Shown here in pieces: positions 29,615 to 42,439 of a stretch of 64,000 nucleotides of DNA. Source of the stretch: Minisyncoccota bacterium (GTDB taxonomy: Bacteria; Patescibacteriota; Microgenomatia; UBA1400; UBA12028). The notes below the pieces were generated by a model. That model ran no database searches, had not been told where the DNA came from, and saw nothing but the letters and a program-made list of their open reading frames with translations. The DNA lies in NCBI GenBank assembly GCA_003487265.1, contig DNEP01000001.1:24572-88571 (forward strand), in the 5' to 3' direction. The translations under genes were made by a program, and so were the position numbers. Each line of letters starts with the position of its first letter. Position 1 is the stretch's first letter.

Positions 29615-30502
29615 TTAAAATCCTGGTAACTTCAAAATGTCTACGCCGATTGTTCGTAAAATGACCATCGAAAAAATGATGAATAAAAGACCACTTATCG
29701 CCGCGGTGATGTTGTTCTTTGCTTCATCAACCTTTTTTGGTTCTCCTTGACTTGTGGTAAGTTGAAAAGCTGCAGCAAGGATGGTGAGCAACACCACACC
29801 ACCGCCAATACTCAGACTTAAGCGCACAATCGACACAATGATTCCCTCAGGGGAACTCGGGATACACCCTATCGCGGTCCAGATGCCTTTCTCAAAAGTG
29901 TTCCCAGCACATGTCGTATTTAATGGATCCCCAGTCACACATTGACAACACACCGCGCGATCATCGGCATTTGAAATTTGTTTACAAGGATTAAAAGTAC
30001 TAGAAAAAATTGCAGGGTACTGACAAATTTTTTGGAAATTATATTCAACACATTTTTGATCAGGATCAATACAATCATCTTTCTTTCCATCATTGTCTAT
30101 ATCGGTACATGCTTGACCTAAATATCCTTCATAACTCGAGAGAGATGAATTTTCTAAAGAAGGATAACATATATGTTTTTCAATTCTTGATGGGGGACTA
30201 TTAGGAATTGGAATATACGCACTTAAAACAACAGAGCACCCTTCGATTGTTAAACATGAACTTGTATTCAAATTTTCCCGAGGGTTATCGCACTGAAAAA
30301 GTTTTGAACTACATTGATCTAAACCCGAACCAGCAGGGTTAACCGATTCTACAGAATACCCAGAATCTACGTGATCAGTACAACCATCAAAAGTTGTTGC
30401 TGCAGCCCGAACTTCGGCTCTAGGCAAAAAAGCCAAAAAGACAAAAAGAAAAACCACAAATACGGCCAAAAATCCCGATAATACTCGTTGTTTTTCCTTC
30501 AC
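29615..30502 (-). CDS. Secreted Cys-rich protein with C-terminal VirB2/TrbC-like hairpin
   Basis: IWTAIGCIP, TSQGEPKKVDEAKNNITAAISG; GTG 30502 preceded by TATAAT at 7 nt. Confidence 0.75.
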   Translation of the reverse strand: MKEKQRVLSGFLAVFVVFLFVFLAFLPRAEVRAAATTFDGCTDHVDSGYSVESVNPAGSGLDQCSSKLFQCDNPRENLNTSSCLTIEGCSVVLSAYIPIPNSPPSRIEKHICYPSLENSSLSSYEGYLGQACTDIDNDGKKDDCIDPDQKCVEYNFQKICQYPAIFSSTFNPCKQISNADDRAVCCQCVTGDPLNTTCAGNTFEKGIWTAIGCIPSSPEGIIVSIVRLSLSIGGGVVLLTILAAAFQLTTSQGEPKKVDEAKNNITAAISGLLFIIFSMVILRTIGVDILKLPGF

Positions 30503-30610
30503 GTCTTCAATTATACACACTCCTCGTGGTGTTGTGCAGTGCGAAAATGCAAAACCAACGTGGGCTTTCAGTTTCAATATCACGCATCCAAGAACGGCCT
30601 CTAAACCCAA

Positions 30611-30634
30611 AGACCGCCCCTTTCGGGGCGGTCT
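30611..30634 (-). terminator. GC-rich hairpin downstream of major pilin (terminator or mRNA stabiliser)
   Basis: Minus strand AGACCGCCCC-GAAA-GGGGCGGTCT: perfect 10-bp stem, GNRA loop, interrupted U tract. Confidence 0.75.
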
Positions 30635-30656
30635 GCGTTTTCAACATAAGCAGGTT

Positions 30657-31322
30657 TTACGGAAGACAGAGGAGTTCGTTTACATAGACGTCTTCGATTC
30701 CATAGTTCCCATCACCATCTCCATTCGGACAAGCGATTTCTTTGATTCCCGTTTCGTATCCACTGTTTACACAGTTTCGAATTGCTTCTCGCTTGAATGC
30801 TCCAGAAGATGGCATGAAACATGCGTACATCGTTGCGTCGGAGCCCTCAGGTTTGTAGGCAAAAATCATGTAGTTTTCCTGATTTTCCAATCGAGAAATA
30901 TATCCTGATTTCACCTCACCAGAAGTACTCAACAAATCAAGCCATGCCGATTCGGGGGAAAGACGACATGCGCCCTCACCAAAAAGTGCAGTCCCATACC
31001 CATCATCCATCGTTACTCCACAAAACTCACCAGCGGTGTCTGGCATAACAACCGTAGGTTGTTGATTATCTTCCGTAGGTGCGGTTTCTCCATCAGTCGA
31101 GATTTCATTCCACGGATACTTTTCCGCACTTGCGTAGTAGCGATCAACCGCATTAATCAACTGCGCGGCATCGGATCGCATACGCGTATCTCTTCCTTTA
31201 TTGATTTGTTCAATTGGGTTAATAGATGACAACACCGCCGTTGCGAGTGCGCCAATAACCGCGATCACGACGAGCAGTTCGATCATCGTAAAACCTGCGG
31301 TTTTCATAAATGACTTCAGCAT
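30657..31322 (-). CDS. Probable major type IV pilin
   Basis: AGFTMIELLVVI, INP, RD..MRSD, YPW; strong AAGGAG SD and downstream hairpin. Confidence 0.85.
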   Translation of the reverse strand: MLKSFMKTAGFTMIELLVVIAVIGALATAVLSSINPIEQINKGRDTRMRSDAAQLINAVDRYYASAEKYPWNEISTDGETAPTEDNQQPTVVMPDTAGEFCGVTMDDGYGTALFGEGACRLSPESAWLDLLSTSGEVKSGYISRLENQENYMIFAYKPEGSDATMYACFMPSSGAFKREAIRNCVNSGYETGIKEIACPNGDGDGNYGIEDVYVNELLCLP

Positions 31323-31381
31323 TTGTACTCCTTCACTTTTATTCAAACGACCTGATGGTCTGTATACGCATTGTGGTCATA

Positions 31382-32584
31382 TTAGAACTGACTTGTCAAG
31401 TTGTAGATCGGCATAATAATTGCAAGAATCAAGAACATCACGCCAACACCCAAGATCACCATAATAATTGGCTCAAGAAGAGTGGAAAGATTTTTCACCA
31501 TGTGTTCACTTTCGGACTCGAAATACGCCGAAACTTTTAACAGCACTTCGTCCAATTTTCCTGTTTCTTCACCAACCGCGCTCATTTGCGAAACGAGTGG
31601 CGGAAACAACTCGGATTTGGTAAGCGACTCGGAAAGCGGGACCCCTTTTTCGACATCGGTGGCCACTTCGTGCAACGCGTCGCGAAACAGCACATTGTCC
31701 ATCGACTCCGCAACAATTTGCAACGTCGAAAGCAAAGACACACCCGCCCCCAATAACAACGAGATTGTTCGAGTAAACTCGGTCATCATCGACAACACGC
31801 GAATTCTTCCAAAAACTGGAATCTTCAACAACAGTTTGTCGACGATAAACTCGCCGGTGGGGGTCGTTTTCCATAATCGAAAAATGTACACTCCACCAAT
31901 CACCGCTCCCACAAAAAAATACCAGTTTGTCGCCATAAAGTTTGAGGTGCTGATTAATATTTTTGTTGGCAACGGAAGCTCGGCATTAAATCCTTCGTAC
32001 ATTGTGGTGAGTTTTGGAATAACCATCACCATCATTAAAAACGCGACAATAATCATTCCCACAAACACAATGGCTGGATAAATCAGCGCGCCTTTTGTTT
32101 TCGCACGAAACTCGAACGATTTTTCCATGTTATCCGCAAGTCGGTGTAACACCTGATCCAACATTCCCGCGGCCTCACCCGAACGAACCAACGCAATATA
32201 CACTTTAGAAAAAATCCCTCGGTGTTTTTCGAGCGCGTCACCAAAAGAAGTTCCCCCTTCAACATCATGCGATAAACTCAAAACCACACGCTGCATCGCG
32301 GGACGCGATTGTTGAACCAAAATGCCAAACGATTCGGTGAGCGTAAGACCAGAAGTGATCATGGTAGAAAGTTGGCGCGTAAAGTTCACCAAGTCAGCGG
32401 CCTTCACGCGATCCATTGAAAGTGAAAGATCGTTAAGGATTGAGTTCGAGGATTGTGACAACGAAATAATGAACAAGTTCTTTTCTTTAAGCAGTGACGC
32501 TGCCTGATGTGGAGAGTTCGCCTCAATACGACCTTTAATCGTTTGCGCTTGATCTGTTCGAACCACGTATTTATAAAATGGCAT
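31382..32584 (-). CDS. pilC: Type IV pilus platform protein PilC (T2SS F family)
   Basis: FTRQLSTMITSG, GEAAGML, ALIYP, VGEETGKL, LEPIIMV. Confidence 0.95.
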   Translation of the reverse strand: MPFYKYVVRTDQAQTIKGRIEANSPHQAASLLKEKNLFIISLSQSSNSILNDLSLSMDRVKAADLVNFTRQLSTMITSGLTLTESFGILVQQSRPAMQRVVLSLSHDVEGGTSFGDALEKHRGIFSKVYIALVRSGEAAGMLDQVLHRLADNMEKSFEFRAKTKGALIYPAIVFVGMIIVAFLMMVMVIPKLTTMYEGFNAELPLPTKILISTSNFMATNWYFFVGAVIGGVYIFRLWKTTPTGEFIVDKLLLKIPVFGRIRVLSMMTEFTRTISLLLGAGVSLLSTLQIVAESMDNVLFRDALHEVATDVEKGVPLSESLTKSELFPPLVSQMSAVGEETGKLDEVLLKVSAYFESESEHMVKNLSTLLEPIIMVILGVGVMFLILAIIMPIYNLTSQF

Positions 32585-32593
32585 TTCGTCCTT

Positions 32594-33712
32594 TTATCCT
32601 TGATTTTCTTGCGTTGCAGATGTTGACACTGGATCCACACGAACCGGCTCCGTGGTCGACCGAACCGTTATCTTTTCGAGATCGTCTGGTCGGAGCGCGT
32701 ATTTTTCCGCCTCTTCATACGAAATCTTTCCCTCCATGACCAACTGAGCGAGAGAAGATTCAATGGTAATCATGCCATCACCCGCAGACGTTTGAATCAC
32801 GTTATCAAGTTGGAATGTTTTTCCATCGCGAATGAGATTGCGCACCGCGCCATTCGCCATCAACACCTCGACCGCAGCACACCGTTTTCCGTCTAACGAA
32901 GGCACGAGTCGCTGTGATAACACGGATTGAATTGACATCGCCAACTGCGATCGGATCTGCGCTTGTTGTGCCGCGGGGAACACATCAATAATACGATCAA
33001 TCGTTTGAGAAGCGCTGTTTGTATGCAACGTCGCGAACACAAGGTGTCCCGTCTCTGCTACGGTGAGCGCGGCCGCAATCGTTTCGTAATCGCGCATCTC
33101 TCCGACCAGTACCACGTCTGGGTCTTCGCGGAGCGCCGATCGAAGCGCGATCTCCCAAGAATGGGTATCCGCATGCAACTCACGTTGAGAAATAATCGAG
33201 TGGATCGGTTTGTGCACAAACTCAATTGGATCCTCAATTGTCAGAATGTGTTCACTGCGCGTTTTATTTATTTGATCAATAATAGCGGCAAGCGTTGAGG
33301 ATTTCCCGTGCCCGGTGGGACCGGTCACCAATACTAATCCTTGTTTCATCGTAGAAAATTGATTGCACACTTCTGGCATTCCCAAATCTTCAAGAGATTT
33401 GATTTTTGAGGGGATCAACCGGAGCGCCGCGGTCCATTCGCCCTGCGTGTGATACACATTGACACGAAATCGACCAAACTCGCCGAATTGATATCCAAAA
33501 TCAACTTCTTTGTTCACATTCAACAACTCGCGCTGTTCGGGGGCGAGAAGGGGAGTGATTGCTTCGCGAATCGTTTGCGAAGTTAATGGTTCGGTGTTGG
33601 GAATCGCACCAAGACGACCATGCACACGCAACATTGGGGGGATCCCCAAAAGCAAGTGCAGATCTGATGCATCTTGTTGAACAACTTGTGAAAGCATTGA
33701 TTGAATGTCCAT
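32594..33712 (-). CDS. pilT: Retraction ATPase PilT
   Basis: GPTGHGKSST, TIEDPIE, LREDPDVVLVGEMRD, AVRNLIR. Confidence 0.95.
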   Translation of the reverse strand: MDIQSMLSQVVQQDASDLHLLLGIPPMLRVHGRLGAIPNTEPLTSQTIREAITPLLAPEQRELLNVNKEVDFGYQFGEFGRFRVNVYHTQGEWTAALRLIPSKIKSLEDLGMPEVCNQFSTMKQGLVLVTGPTGHGKSSTLAAIIDQINKTRSEHILTIEDPIEFVHKPIHSIISQRELHADTHSWEIALRSALREDPDVVLVGEMRDYETIAAALTVAETGHLVFATLHTNSASQTIDRIIDVFPAAQQAQIRSQLAMSIQSVLSQRLVPSLDGKRCAAVEVLMANGAVRNLIRDGKTFQLDNVIQTSAGDGMITIESSLAQLVMEGKISYEEAEKYALRPDDLEKITVRSTTEPVRVDPVSTSATQENQG

Positions 33713-33765
33713 CTTTCTCCTTTTATCTATTAATTTTTTATCTATTGATTCAGTATGGCGTTTTT

Positions 33766-35592
33766 TTATGTTTGTGCAACGCGCAGCACTTCCTCAATTG
33801 TTGTAATTCCTTCAAGCACCTTGAGATATCCATCTTGTTTCATTAAAATCATGCCATCGAGCACCGCTTGTTTTTCAATCTCGCTCGCGGGTTTTCGTTC
33901 GAGAATCAACTTCCCAATTTTTTCGGTCACCAACAGTACCTCATAAATTCCGACGCGCCCCTTGTACCCCGTACCGCCGCAAGTTTCACATCCTTTTCCC
34001 TTAAATATTTTGATCTCGGTTTTTTTATTTGTTTGCATCCATCCATCGAGGAGCTCACCAAGATATGATTTTATGTCATCTTTCACCGGCTGTTCTGGAT
34101 CGTACTGTTCTGCGCACACCGAACACACTCTGCGCAACACACGTTGCGCCATTACCACCGTCATCGAGCTGGCGAGCAAGAACGGCTCCGCTTCCATATC
34201 AAGAAGACGGGGAAGTGCGCCCGCGGCGGAGTTTGTGTGAAGTGTTGAAAAGACCAAGTGACCTGTGAGCGATGCTTGAATCGCAAGCTCCGCCGTTTCT
34301 TTATCGCGAATCTCTCCAACCATGATAATGTTTGGATCTTGTCGCAAAAACGCGCGCAAACCCGACGCAAAGGTGAGACCTGCTTGTGGGTTCACTTGGA
34401 CCTGATTAATTCCGAGCATCTGATACTCGACAGGATCTTCAAGTGTGACAATATTTAATTTCGGCGTGTTGATTTTATTCAGCAACGAGTACAGCGTTGT
34501 CGTCTTTCCTGAACCCGTGGGCCCCGTGACAAGAACGATTCCGTGCGGAACATGCGCGGCCGCTTCGAGATTCTTCAACGCACTCCCACGCAGTCCCAAT
34601 TCGGGAAGTGTGGGTACTCCACCCGTTTTCTTTAACAACCGCATCACGATTTTTTCACCATGAACGGTTGGAAGAGTAGAAACACGAAGGTCAACTTCTT
34701 CTTTGTCCATGCGAAACGTGAAACGGCCATCTTGCGGAATACGTTTTTCGTCAATCTTGAGATCGGATAAAATCTTGATGCGAGAAACCACCGCTTCGTG
34801 CACTGATTTTGGTAAGATGAGTTTTTCCTGCAAAATACCATCAATACGATAGCGCACGCGCGTTTTTTCCTCAAGCGGTTCGATATGCACATCCGATGCT
34901 CGCGCCTTCATCGCAAAGGTCACAACCGTTTCCACAATTTTCGCGATTGGAGCCTCACGAATGACATTCGCAAGCGATTTTGCATCAAAGGTTCGAAGCT
35001 TTACTTGTTCATCCGAGTTTGAGGTGTCCTTGATCGCAGCGGAAACCTCCGCCGACAAACTTTGGGCGTATCGTTCGGCAATTGCCTGCTCAATATCGGA
35101 AAGGGTGGAGTAGTGCGCGGTAACACGCATTCCCGTTTTTTTCTCGATGAAATCAATCGCACCCAAATCGAGTGGATTCACCATCGCGAGTTCGAGCGTA
35201 CGCGCTTCCTGATCGATGCTAAATGGAATCAAACGATACCGACGCGCCAAACCTTCGGGAATCTGCGAAAGCGCCTCGGGGGAACTTCCCACCGCCAACA
35301 CATCGATGTAAGGAACGGTATAGAATTCCGATCTCGCCTTTGCCAAGGTGACTTCATCAACAATCTTTTTTTGTTCAATAATCGAGTCAATCGGCTCACC
35401 CGTATTGACGTGCATTAAACTCACTTGATCAAACTGCGCTTGAGAAATGGATTGTTGCTTGAGCAAAACATCAAGAACGGTTCCGCTTTGAATCGTGGAT
35501 GCAACTTGCACACCTTGACTCACTTGCGGTGGTATTTGTGATTGCGTTTGTGGTTGTGTTTGCGCCGAAACATCGCCTTGGGCAGGTGTCAT
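33766..35592 (-). CDS. pilB: Extension ATPase PilB (GspE/PulE family)
   Basis: ASDVHIEP, PQDGR, GPTGSGKTT, LRQDPNIIMVGEIRD, tetracysteine motif. Confidence 0.95.
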   Translation of the reverse strand: MTPAQGDVSAQTQPQTQSQIPPQVSQGVQVASTIQSGTVLDVLLKQQSISQAQFDQVSLMHVNTGEPIDSIIEQKKIVDEVTLAKARSEFYTVPYIDVLAVGSSPEALSQIPEGLARRYRLIPFSIDQEARTLELAMVNPLDLGAIDFIEKKTGMRVTAHYSTLSDIEQAIAERYAQSLSAEVSAAIKDTSNSDEQVKLRTFDAKSLANVIREAPIAKIVETVVTFAMKARASDVHIEPLEEKTRVRYRIDGILQEKLILPKSVHEAVVSRIKILSDLKIDEKRIPQDGRFTFRMDKEEVDLRVSTLPTVHGEKIVMRLLKKTGGVPTLPELGLRGSALKNLEAAAHVPHGIVLVTGPTGSGKTTTLYSLLNKINTPKLNIVTLEDPVEYQMLGINQVQVNPQAGLTFASGLRAFLRQDPNIIMVGEIRDKETAELAIQASLTGHLVFSTLHTNSAAGALPRLLDMEAEPFLLASSMTVVMAQRVLRRVCSVCAEQYDPEQPVKDDIKSYLGELLDGWMQTNKKTEIKIFKGKGCETCGGTGYKGRVGIYEVLLVTEKIGKLILERKPASEIEKQAVLDGMILMKQDGYLKVLEGITTIEEVLRVAQT

Positions 35593-35617
35593 AGAATCAT
35601 AGTATCATACATGAACC

Positions 35618-36322
35618 ATGTTTCACCACGCGCTTCTGTGCATTACAGATTTTTTTCTCCACAATGAACCAAGCGTTCAATCTTCAACTGGTATTTTCTT
35701 GAATCAGATCAAGTCATATACCCCCTTTGCTGTTACAGAACATACACCAGACTTCATACATCTCTACGCCGACGAAAAAAAATCAAAAATCTCAATCGAA
35801 CAGGTACGAGAACTCATCGCATCACTTCAACAACAACCACTCAAATCGACCCATACTATTGCGTTACTTTCACAAGCGCATCTTCTTTCAATTGAGGCAC
35901 AACAAGCGCTCCTCAAAACACTCGAAGAACCACCAAAACACGCACAGATTATTCTCTGCGCACCCTCGACAACTGCCGTACTTCCAACCATCCTCTCACG
36001 ATGTTCTTACATTTTTCTTACAGACGACACAACCCAACCAACTCAACCAAACTCAGAGAATCTCGACACCCTTCCCAACACAATCACTGAAATATTGCGA
36101 TACACCGATACTTTTTCGAACACAATGGAAGGCCGCGAAAAAGCAATCACACTTCTCACGCAAATAATCAATTCAGAAAAACAAAAACTCGAGAAAACTC
36201 CAACGAAACAAAAAACAAATGAATTAAAATATCTTTTGCTTGCGCATAAACAACTGCAGGCGAATGTGCATGTGAAACTTGTGCTCGAACATCTGTGCTT
36301 TTCAATTCGTAATACAAAATAA
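35618..36322 (+). CDS. holB: DNA polymerase III delta-prime-like subunit (short form)
   Basis: ISIEQVRE, AQQALLKTLEEPP, LPTILSRC. Confidence 0.8.
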   Translation: MFHHALLCITDFFLHNEPSVQSSTGIFLNQIKSYTPFAVTEHTPDFIHLYADEKKSKISIEQVRELIASLQQQPLKSTHTIALLSQAHLLSIEAQQALLKTLEEPPKHAQIILCAPSTTAVLPTILSRCSYIFLTDDTTQPTQPNSENLDTLPNTITEILRYTDTFSNTMEGREKAITLLTQIINSEKQKLEKTPTKQKTNELKYLLLAHKQLQANVHVKLVLEHLCFSIRNTK

Positions 36323-36331
36323 AAACACAAC

Positions 36332-36360
36332 TTGCAAAAACAGAAAAAATAGACTACATT
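36332..36360 (+). promoter_or_regulatory. Putative sigma70 promoter for gyrB
   Basis: TTGCAA-17 nt-TACATT. Confidence 0.45.
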
Positions 36361-36378
36361 GATTCCTCGTTCGTGTGA

Positions 36379-38415
<2,037 letters not shown>

Positions 38416-38426
38416 AAAGGAAGAGA

Positions 38427-38909
38427 ATGGAAACAGATCAACTTTCCCCAAGTCCTTTTGGAAACGAGCAAGGGGAGCCAGACGCATACAGAAATCAAGA
38501 TCAACCGTCCGAGGATACTACTGTAGGGGAAATAATCTATCCCATCGATGAACGTGGACAAATTGTGTGGAAAAAATCTGGAAAAGATGCTGACACTCAA
38601 CCAAGTATTTTTGATAAATATAAAGATCGCGATACAGATAAAAACAATGATCCCAAAAATGCTCCGGAAATGACGCAAGCCGTTCGAGAAGCGATTACCC
38701 CACTGATTCCTGAGGCAGAAAAGGCAGCAGAAATCGAAAGATATGTTGGACAAGCAATACTCGAAATTCGAGGTTCTAATCAATCTAAAGTACGTGGTGA
38801 ACTAGTGAAGGATGAAAAAGTACATTTATATGCGCGATTACTCATGATATCGAGGGGTCTTTCCTTACAACAAGCACTCGAATATGTCGTAGATGATATA
38901 CGCTCATAG
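38427..38909 (+). CDS. Hypothetical protein
   Basis: 160-aa ORF with purine-rich SD, filling the gap after gyrB. Confidence 0.65.
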   Translation: METDQLSPSPFGNEQGEPDAYRNQDQPSEDTTVGEIIYPIDERGQIVWKKSGKDADTQPSIFDKYKDRDTDKNNDPKNAPEMTQAVREAITPLIPEAEKAAEIERYVGQAILEIRGSNQSKVRGELVKDEKVHLYARLLMISRGLSLQQALEYVVDDIRS

Positions 38910-38944
38910 TGTTAACACAGTATACGCAATTTATAGGAGGGCCC

Positions 38945-39583
38945 ATGTCCGACACACCAGATCTAAAAAAACTTCTCTTCTTCATCGAGATTCCCGCGGG
39001 GAGCTCGATCAAGTATGAAATCGACGAAGACACTGGCCTCCTCATGGCCGATCGCTTCCTGCATACCCAGATGACGTATCCCACAAACTACGGATTCATT
39101 ATGGGGACCGAAGGAAAAGACGGCGACCCCGTTGACGCACTTGTGCTGTCCAGCCAACCCGTCGCCCCAGGCGTCGGAATGAAAGGTCACCTTATTGGTG
39201 TGCTCGAAATGGAAGATGAAGAGGGAAGCGACAACAAAATGATCGCGGTCCCCGACAAAAAAGTCGACCCCATTTTTGGCGCGTATGAATCAATTGAAGA
39301 CGTGCCTCAACACATCAAAGACGTCATCAAACACTTTTTTGATCACTACAAAGAACTCGAAAAAGGAAAATTCGTCAAAACACACGAGTTTAAATCCAGA
39401 GAAGATGCCGAAAAAGAAGTCGCTGAATCATTTGTCGAAGGCGATGACGACTCCGAAGACGATTGTTGCTGTGGAGAATACTCTTGCGATTCCTGCAACG
39501 GCGAAAAATCATGTGAACATTGTTGCCAAGAGTGTTGCAAAAACTGCTGTGACGAAAAACACGAACACTCGGCGGGAAAATAA
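38945..39583 (+). CDS. ppa: Family I inorganic pyrophosphatase with Cys-rich C-terminal tail
   Basis: IEIPAGS..KYE, DR, YPTNYG, DGDPVD, DNKMIAVP, HFFDHYK; AGGAGG SD. Confidence 0.93.
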   Translation: MSDTPDLKKLLFFIEIPAGSSIKYEIDEDTGLLMADRFLHTQMTYPTNYGFIMGTEGKDGDPVDALVLSSQPVAPGVGMKGHLIGVLEMEDEEGSDNKMIAVPDKKVDPIFGAYESIEDVPQHIKDVIKHFFDHYKELEKGKFVKTHEFKSREDAEKEVAESFVEGDDDSEDDCCCGEYSCDSCNGEKSCEHCCQECCKNCCDEKHEHSAGK

Positions 39584-39607
39584 TCAAAACAGTAAAAAAA
39601 GAAACAT

Positions 39608-42430
39608 ATGGCGGACGAAAACACACAACCAGTTGAAGAAATCGAAACGATCATTGAAACCGATCTTGAAAATACAGCGGAATCTGTTGTGGAATCGCCG
39701 TCCGCCAGTTCTGACACCCCAAGTCCAGTCAACCCCGCAACCCCCGTTGCCGCAGTCTCGGCTTTCATATCCAAACTCGTGAACATGAACGACCAGCGCG
39801 ACCCCGTCCAAACGGACTACGGCTTGGTCAAGCCAATGCCGATCGTGCAGGAAATGGAAAAATCCTACCTCGACTACGCGATGAGCGTGATCGTTGCCCG
39901 CGCGCTCCCAGATGTTCGCGATGGATTAAAGCCCGTACATCGCAGAATTCTGTTCGCGATGAAAGGAATGGGGCTTCACTGGAACACCGCCTATAAAAAA
40001 TCAGCGAGAATCGTCGGAGAGGTTTTGGGTAAATATCACCCGCACGGCGATACCGCGGTGTACGACGCGCTCGTTCGTTTAGCGCAAGATTTCAGCATGC
40101 GCTACCAATTGGTTGATGGGCAGGGGAACTTCGGATCGGTTGATGGTGACTCGCCAGCAGCCATGCGTTACACCGAAGCGCGCCTCACAAAAATTTCCGA
40201 GGAACTCCTCGGTGATATCGATAAAAATACCGTCGAGTTCATCGACAACTTTGACGGATCGCAACAAGAACCAACCGTTTTACCAAGCCGACTCCCGAAC
40301 TTGCTCCTCATGGGTGCAGAGGGAATCGCGGTGGGAATGGCAACAAAAATTCCACCACACAACATCACCGAAGTCGCAAATGCCATGATAGCGACGGTGC
40401 AATCATCAGCTGTTGAACTCGATGAAGAAACACTCGCGCTCACAAAAGAACCAACTCCCGATTCCATGCAAACCGCAGATTCGCAAAAACTTGCAGGCAC
40501 ACTGCAAACAAACATCACCATTCCTGAAATCTTGGAGCACATTCAAGGACCAGACTTTCCAACAGGTGGAGAGATGTTTGATTGGGCACAGATTAAAGAA
40601 GCATACGAAACGGGGAAGGGGAGAGTGGTGCTTCGGGCGGTCGCTTCGATCGAGGAAGCAAAATCAGGAAAATTTCAAATCATTATCACAGAACTGCCAT
40701 ATCAAGTTAACAAGTCGCGCCTTGTTGCAAAAATTGCGGATCTCGTTCGCGACAAAGTGCTTGTGGGAATTAGCGATCTGCGCGACGAGTCCGACCGCGA
40801 TGGACTTCGCATTATGATCGAACTCAAAAAAGACGCAAAACCAAAAGCGGTCCTCAACAACCTCTACAAACACACCGAGTTGCAATCCAGTTTCCCAATG
40901 AACATGGTTGCGCTTAATTCCGAAGGCACACCTCAACTCATGAACGTGAAAACTGTTCTTTCAGAATACCTCAAACATCGTCAGCTTGTGGTGATTCGAC
41001 GTTCACAATTTGAACTCAAATCGGCAAAAGATCGCGCGCATATCTTGGAAGGTTTGCTCATTGCCCTTTCAAATCTTGACGCCGTGATCGAAACGATTCG
41101 CAAATCACCAGACAGCGAAATTGCACGACAGCGCTTAATGGAACGCTTCAAACTCAGTGAAATTCAAGCAATCGCGATTCTCGACATGCAACTGCGAAGA
41201 CTTGCCGCGCTTGAGCGTAAAAAAATCGAAGAAGAATACAACCTCATCAAACAAACCATCGACAATCTTGTCACAATTCTTTCACAGCCACTCAAAGTGC
41301 TCGAAATTATCACGCAGGAAACGAAGAATCTCATTGAAGTCTATGGCGATGCTCGAAGAACAAAACTCCACAAAGGAAAAATCGGCGAGTTTAGCGAGGA
41401 AGATTTAATCGCAAACGACCCCATGATCGTCACCATCACCGAAACGGGATACATCAAGCGCATGAATCCCAGCACCTACCGCACACAACACCGCGGAGGC
41501 AAGGGTGTCACAGGAATGACCACAAAAGACGAAGACGCAATCATGAATATTCTGACCGCGAGCGCGCATGATTCCATGCTTATGTTCACAAACAAAGGAC
41601 GTGTGTTCAAGTTGAAGGTGCACGAACTCCCCGAGTCCAGTCGCCAAGCAAAAGGCACGAGCATTGTGAATCTTGTCAACCTTTCACCAGAAGAGCGCAT
41701 TCAATCTATCCTCACCATGGACGATAAAAAGGTTGATGCAACCGCATATATTGCACTCGCCACGCGCAAGGGATTGGTGAAGAAAACACCACTCAAGGAA
41801 TATCAGAACATTCGCACGAACGGCATCATCGCAATCATTTTGAAAGAAGGCGACGAGCTTGTGTGGGGAAAAATCACCAGTGGAACACACGATGTGATGT
41901 TAATTACGCATGATGGAAAATCTATTCGCTTCCCGGAAAGTGAGATCAAATCAACCAAGCGAGACACGCAAGGCGTAACCGCAATCGCACTCAAAAACGA
42001 TGACTATGTGGTTGGCGTTGAAGCAATTCCCACAAAAATCGAACCGTTACTCGACAAACGACGTAAACAATACCTTCATTTGCTTGTGATTACCGAAAAA
42101 GGAATGGGAAAACGCACCGAACTCACCGAGTACCCCGCGCAAAAAAGGGCAGGGCAGGGAGTGAAAGTGAGCGAGTTGTCCGACAAAACCGGCATGATCA
42201 CCAGCGCCGTCGCCGTTGATCAAACCATCGATGAAGTCATGCTTACCACAAAAGACGCACAGGTGATTAAACTTCCGTTGAAAAATATTCCTGTCTTGAA
42301 GCGACCAACACAGGGTGTGATTCTCATGCGATTCTCTTCAAAAGGAGATAAAGTTGTCGCAGTTGCGTTAACAAAGAAACCGTTAGATGATGATGAAGAA
42401 TCAGAATTCGATAGCGAAAAGAAAGAATAA
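39608..42430 (+). CDS. gyrA: DNA gyrase subunit A
   Basis: [29 protein letters not shown], GyrA box QHRGGKG. Confidence 0.96.
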   Translation: MADENTQPVEEIETIIETDLENTAESVVESPSASSDTPSPVNPATPVAAVSAFISKLVNMNDQRDPVQTDYGLVKPMPIVQEMEKSYLDYAMSVIVARALPDVRDGLKPVHRRILFAMKGMGLHWNTAYKKSARIVGEVLGKYHPHGDTAVYDALVRLAQDFSMRYQLVDGQGNFGSVDGDSPAAMRYTEARLTKISEELLGDIDKNTVEFIDNFDGSQQEPTVLPSRLPNLLLMGAEGIAVGMATKIPPHNITEVANAMIATVQSSAVELDEETLALTKEPTPDSMQTADSQKLAGTLQTNITIPEILEHIQGPDFPTGGEMFDWAQIKEAYETGKGRVVLRAVASIEEAKSGKFQIIITELPYQVNKSRLVAKIADLVRDKVLVGISDLRDESDRDGLRIMIELKKDAKPKAVLNNLYKHTELQSSFPMNMVALNSEGTPQLMNVKTVLSEYLKHRQLVVIRRSQFELKSAKDRAHILEGLLIALSNLDAVIETIRKSPDSEIARQRLMERFKLSEIQAIAILDMQLRRLAALERKKIEEEYNLIKQTIDNLVTILSQPLKVLEIITQETKNLIEVYGDARRTKLHKGKIGEFSEEDLIANDPMIVTITETGYIKRMNPSTYRTQHRGGKGVTGMTTKDEDAIMNILTASAHDSMLMFTNKGRVFKLKVHELPESSRQAKGTSIVNLVNLSPEERIQSILTMDDKKVDATAYIALATRKGLVKKTPLKEYQNIRTNGIIAIILKEGDELVWGKITSGTHDVMLITHDGKSIRFPESEIKSTKRDTQGVTAIALKNDDYVVGVEAIPTKIEPLLDKRRKQYLHLLVITEKGMGKRTELTEYPAQKRAGQGVKVSELSDKTGMITSAVAVDQTIDEVMLTTKDAQVIKLPLKNIPVLKRPTQGVILMRFSSKGDKVVAVALTKKPLDDDEESEFDSEKKE

Positions 42431-42439
42431 AGGAGGCCG

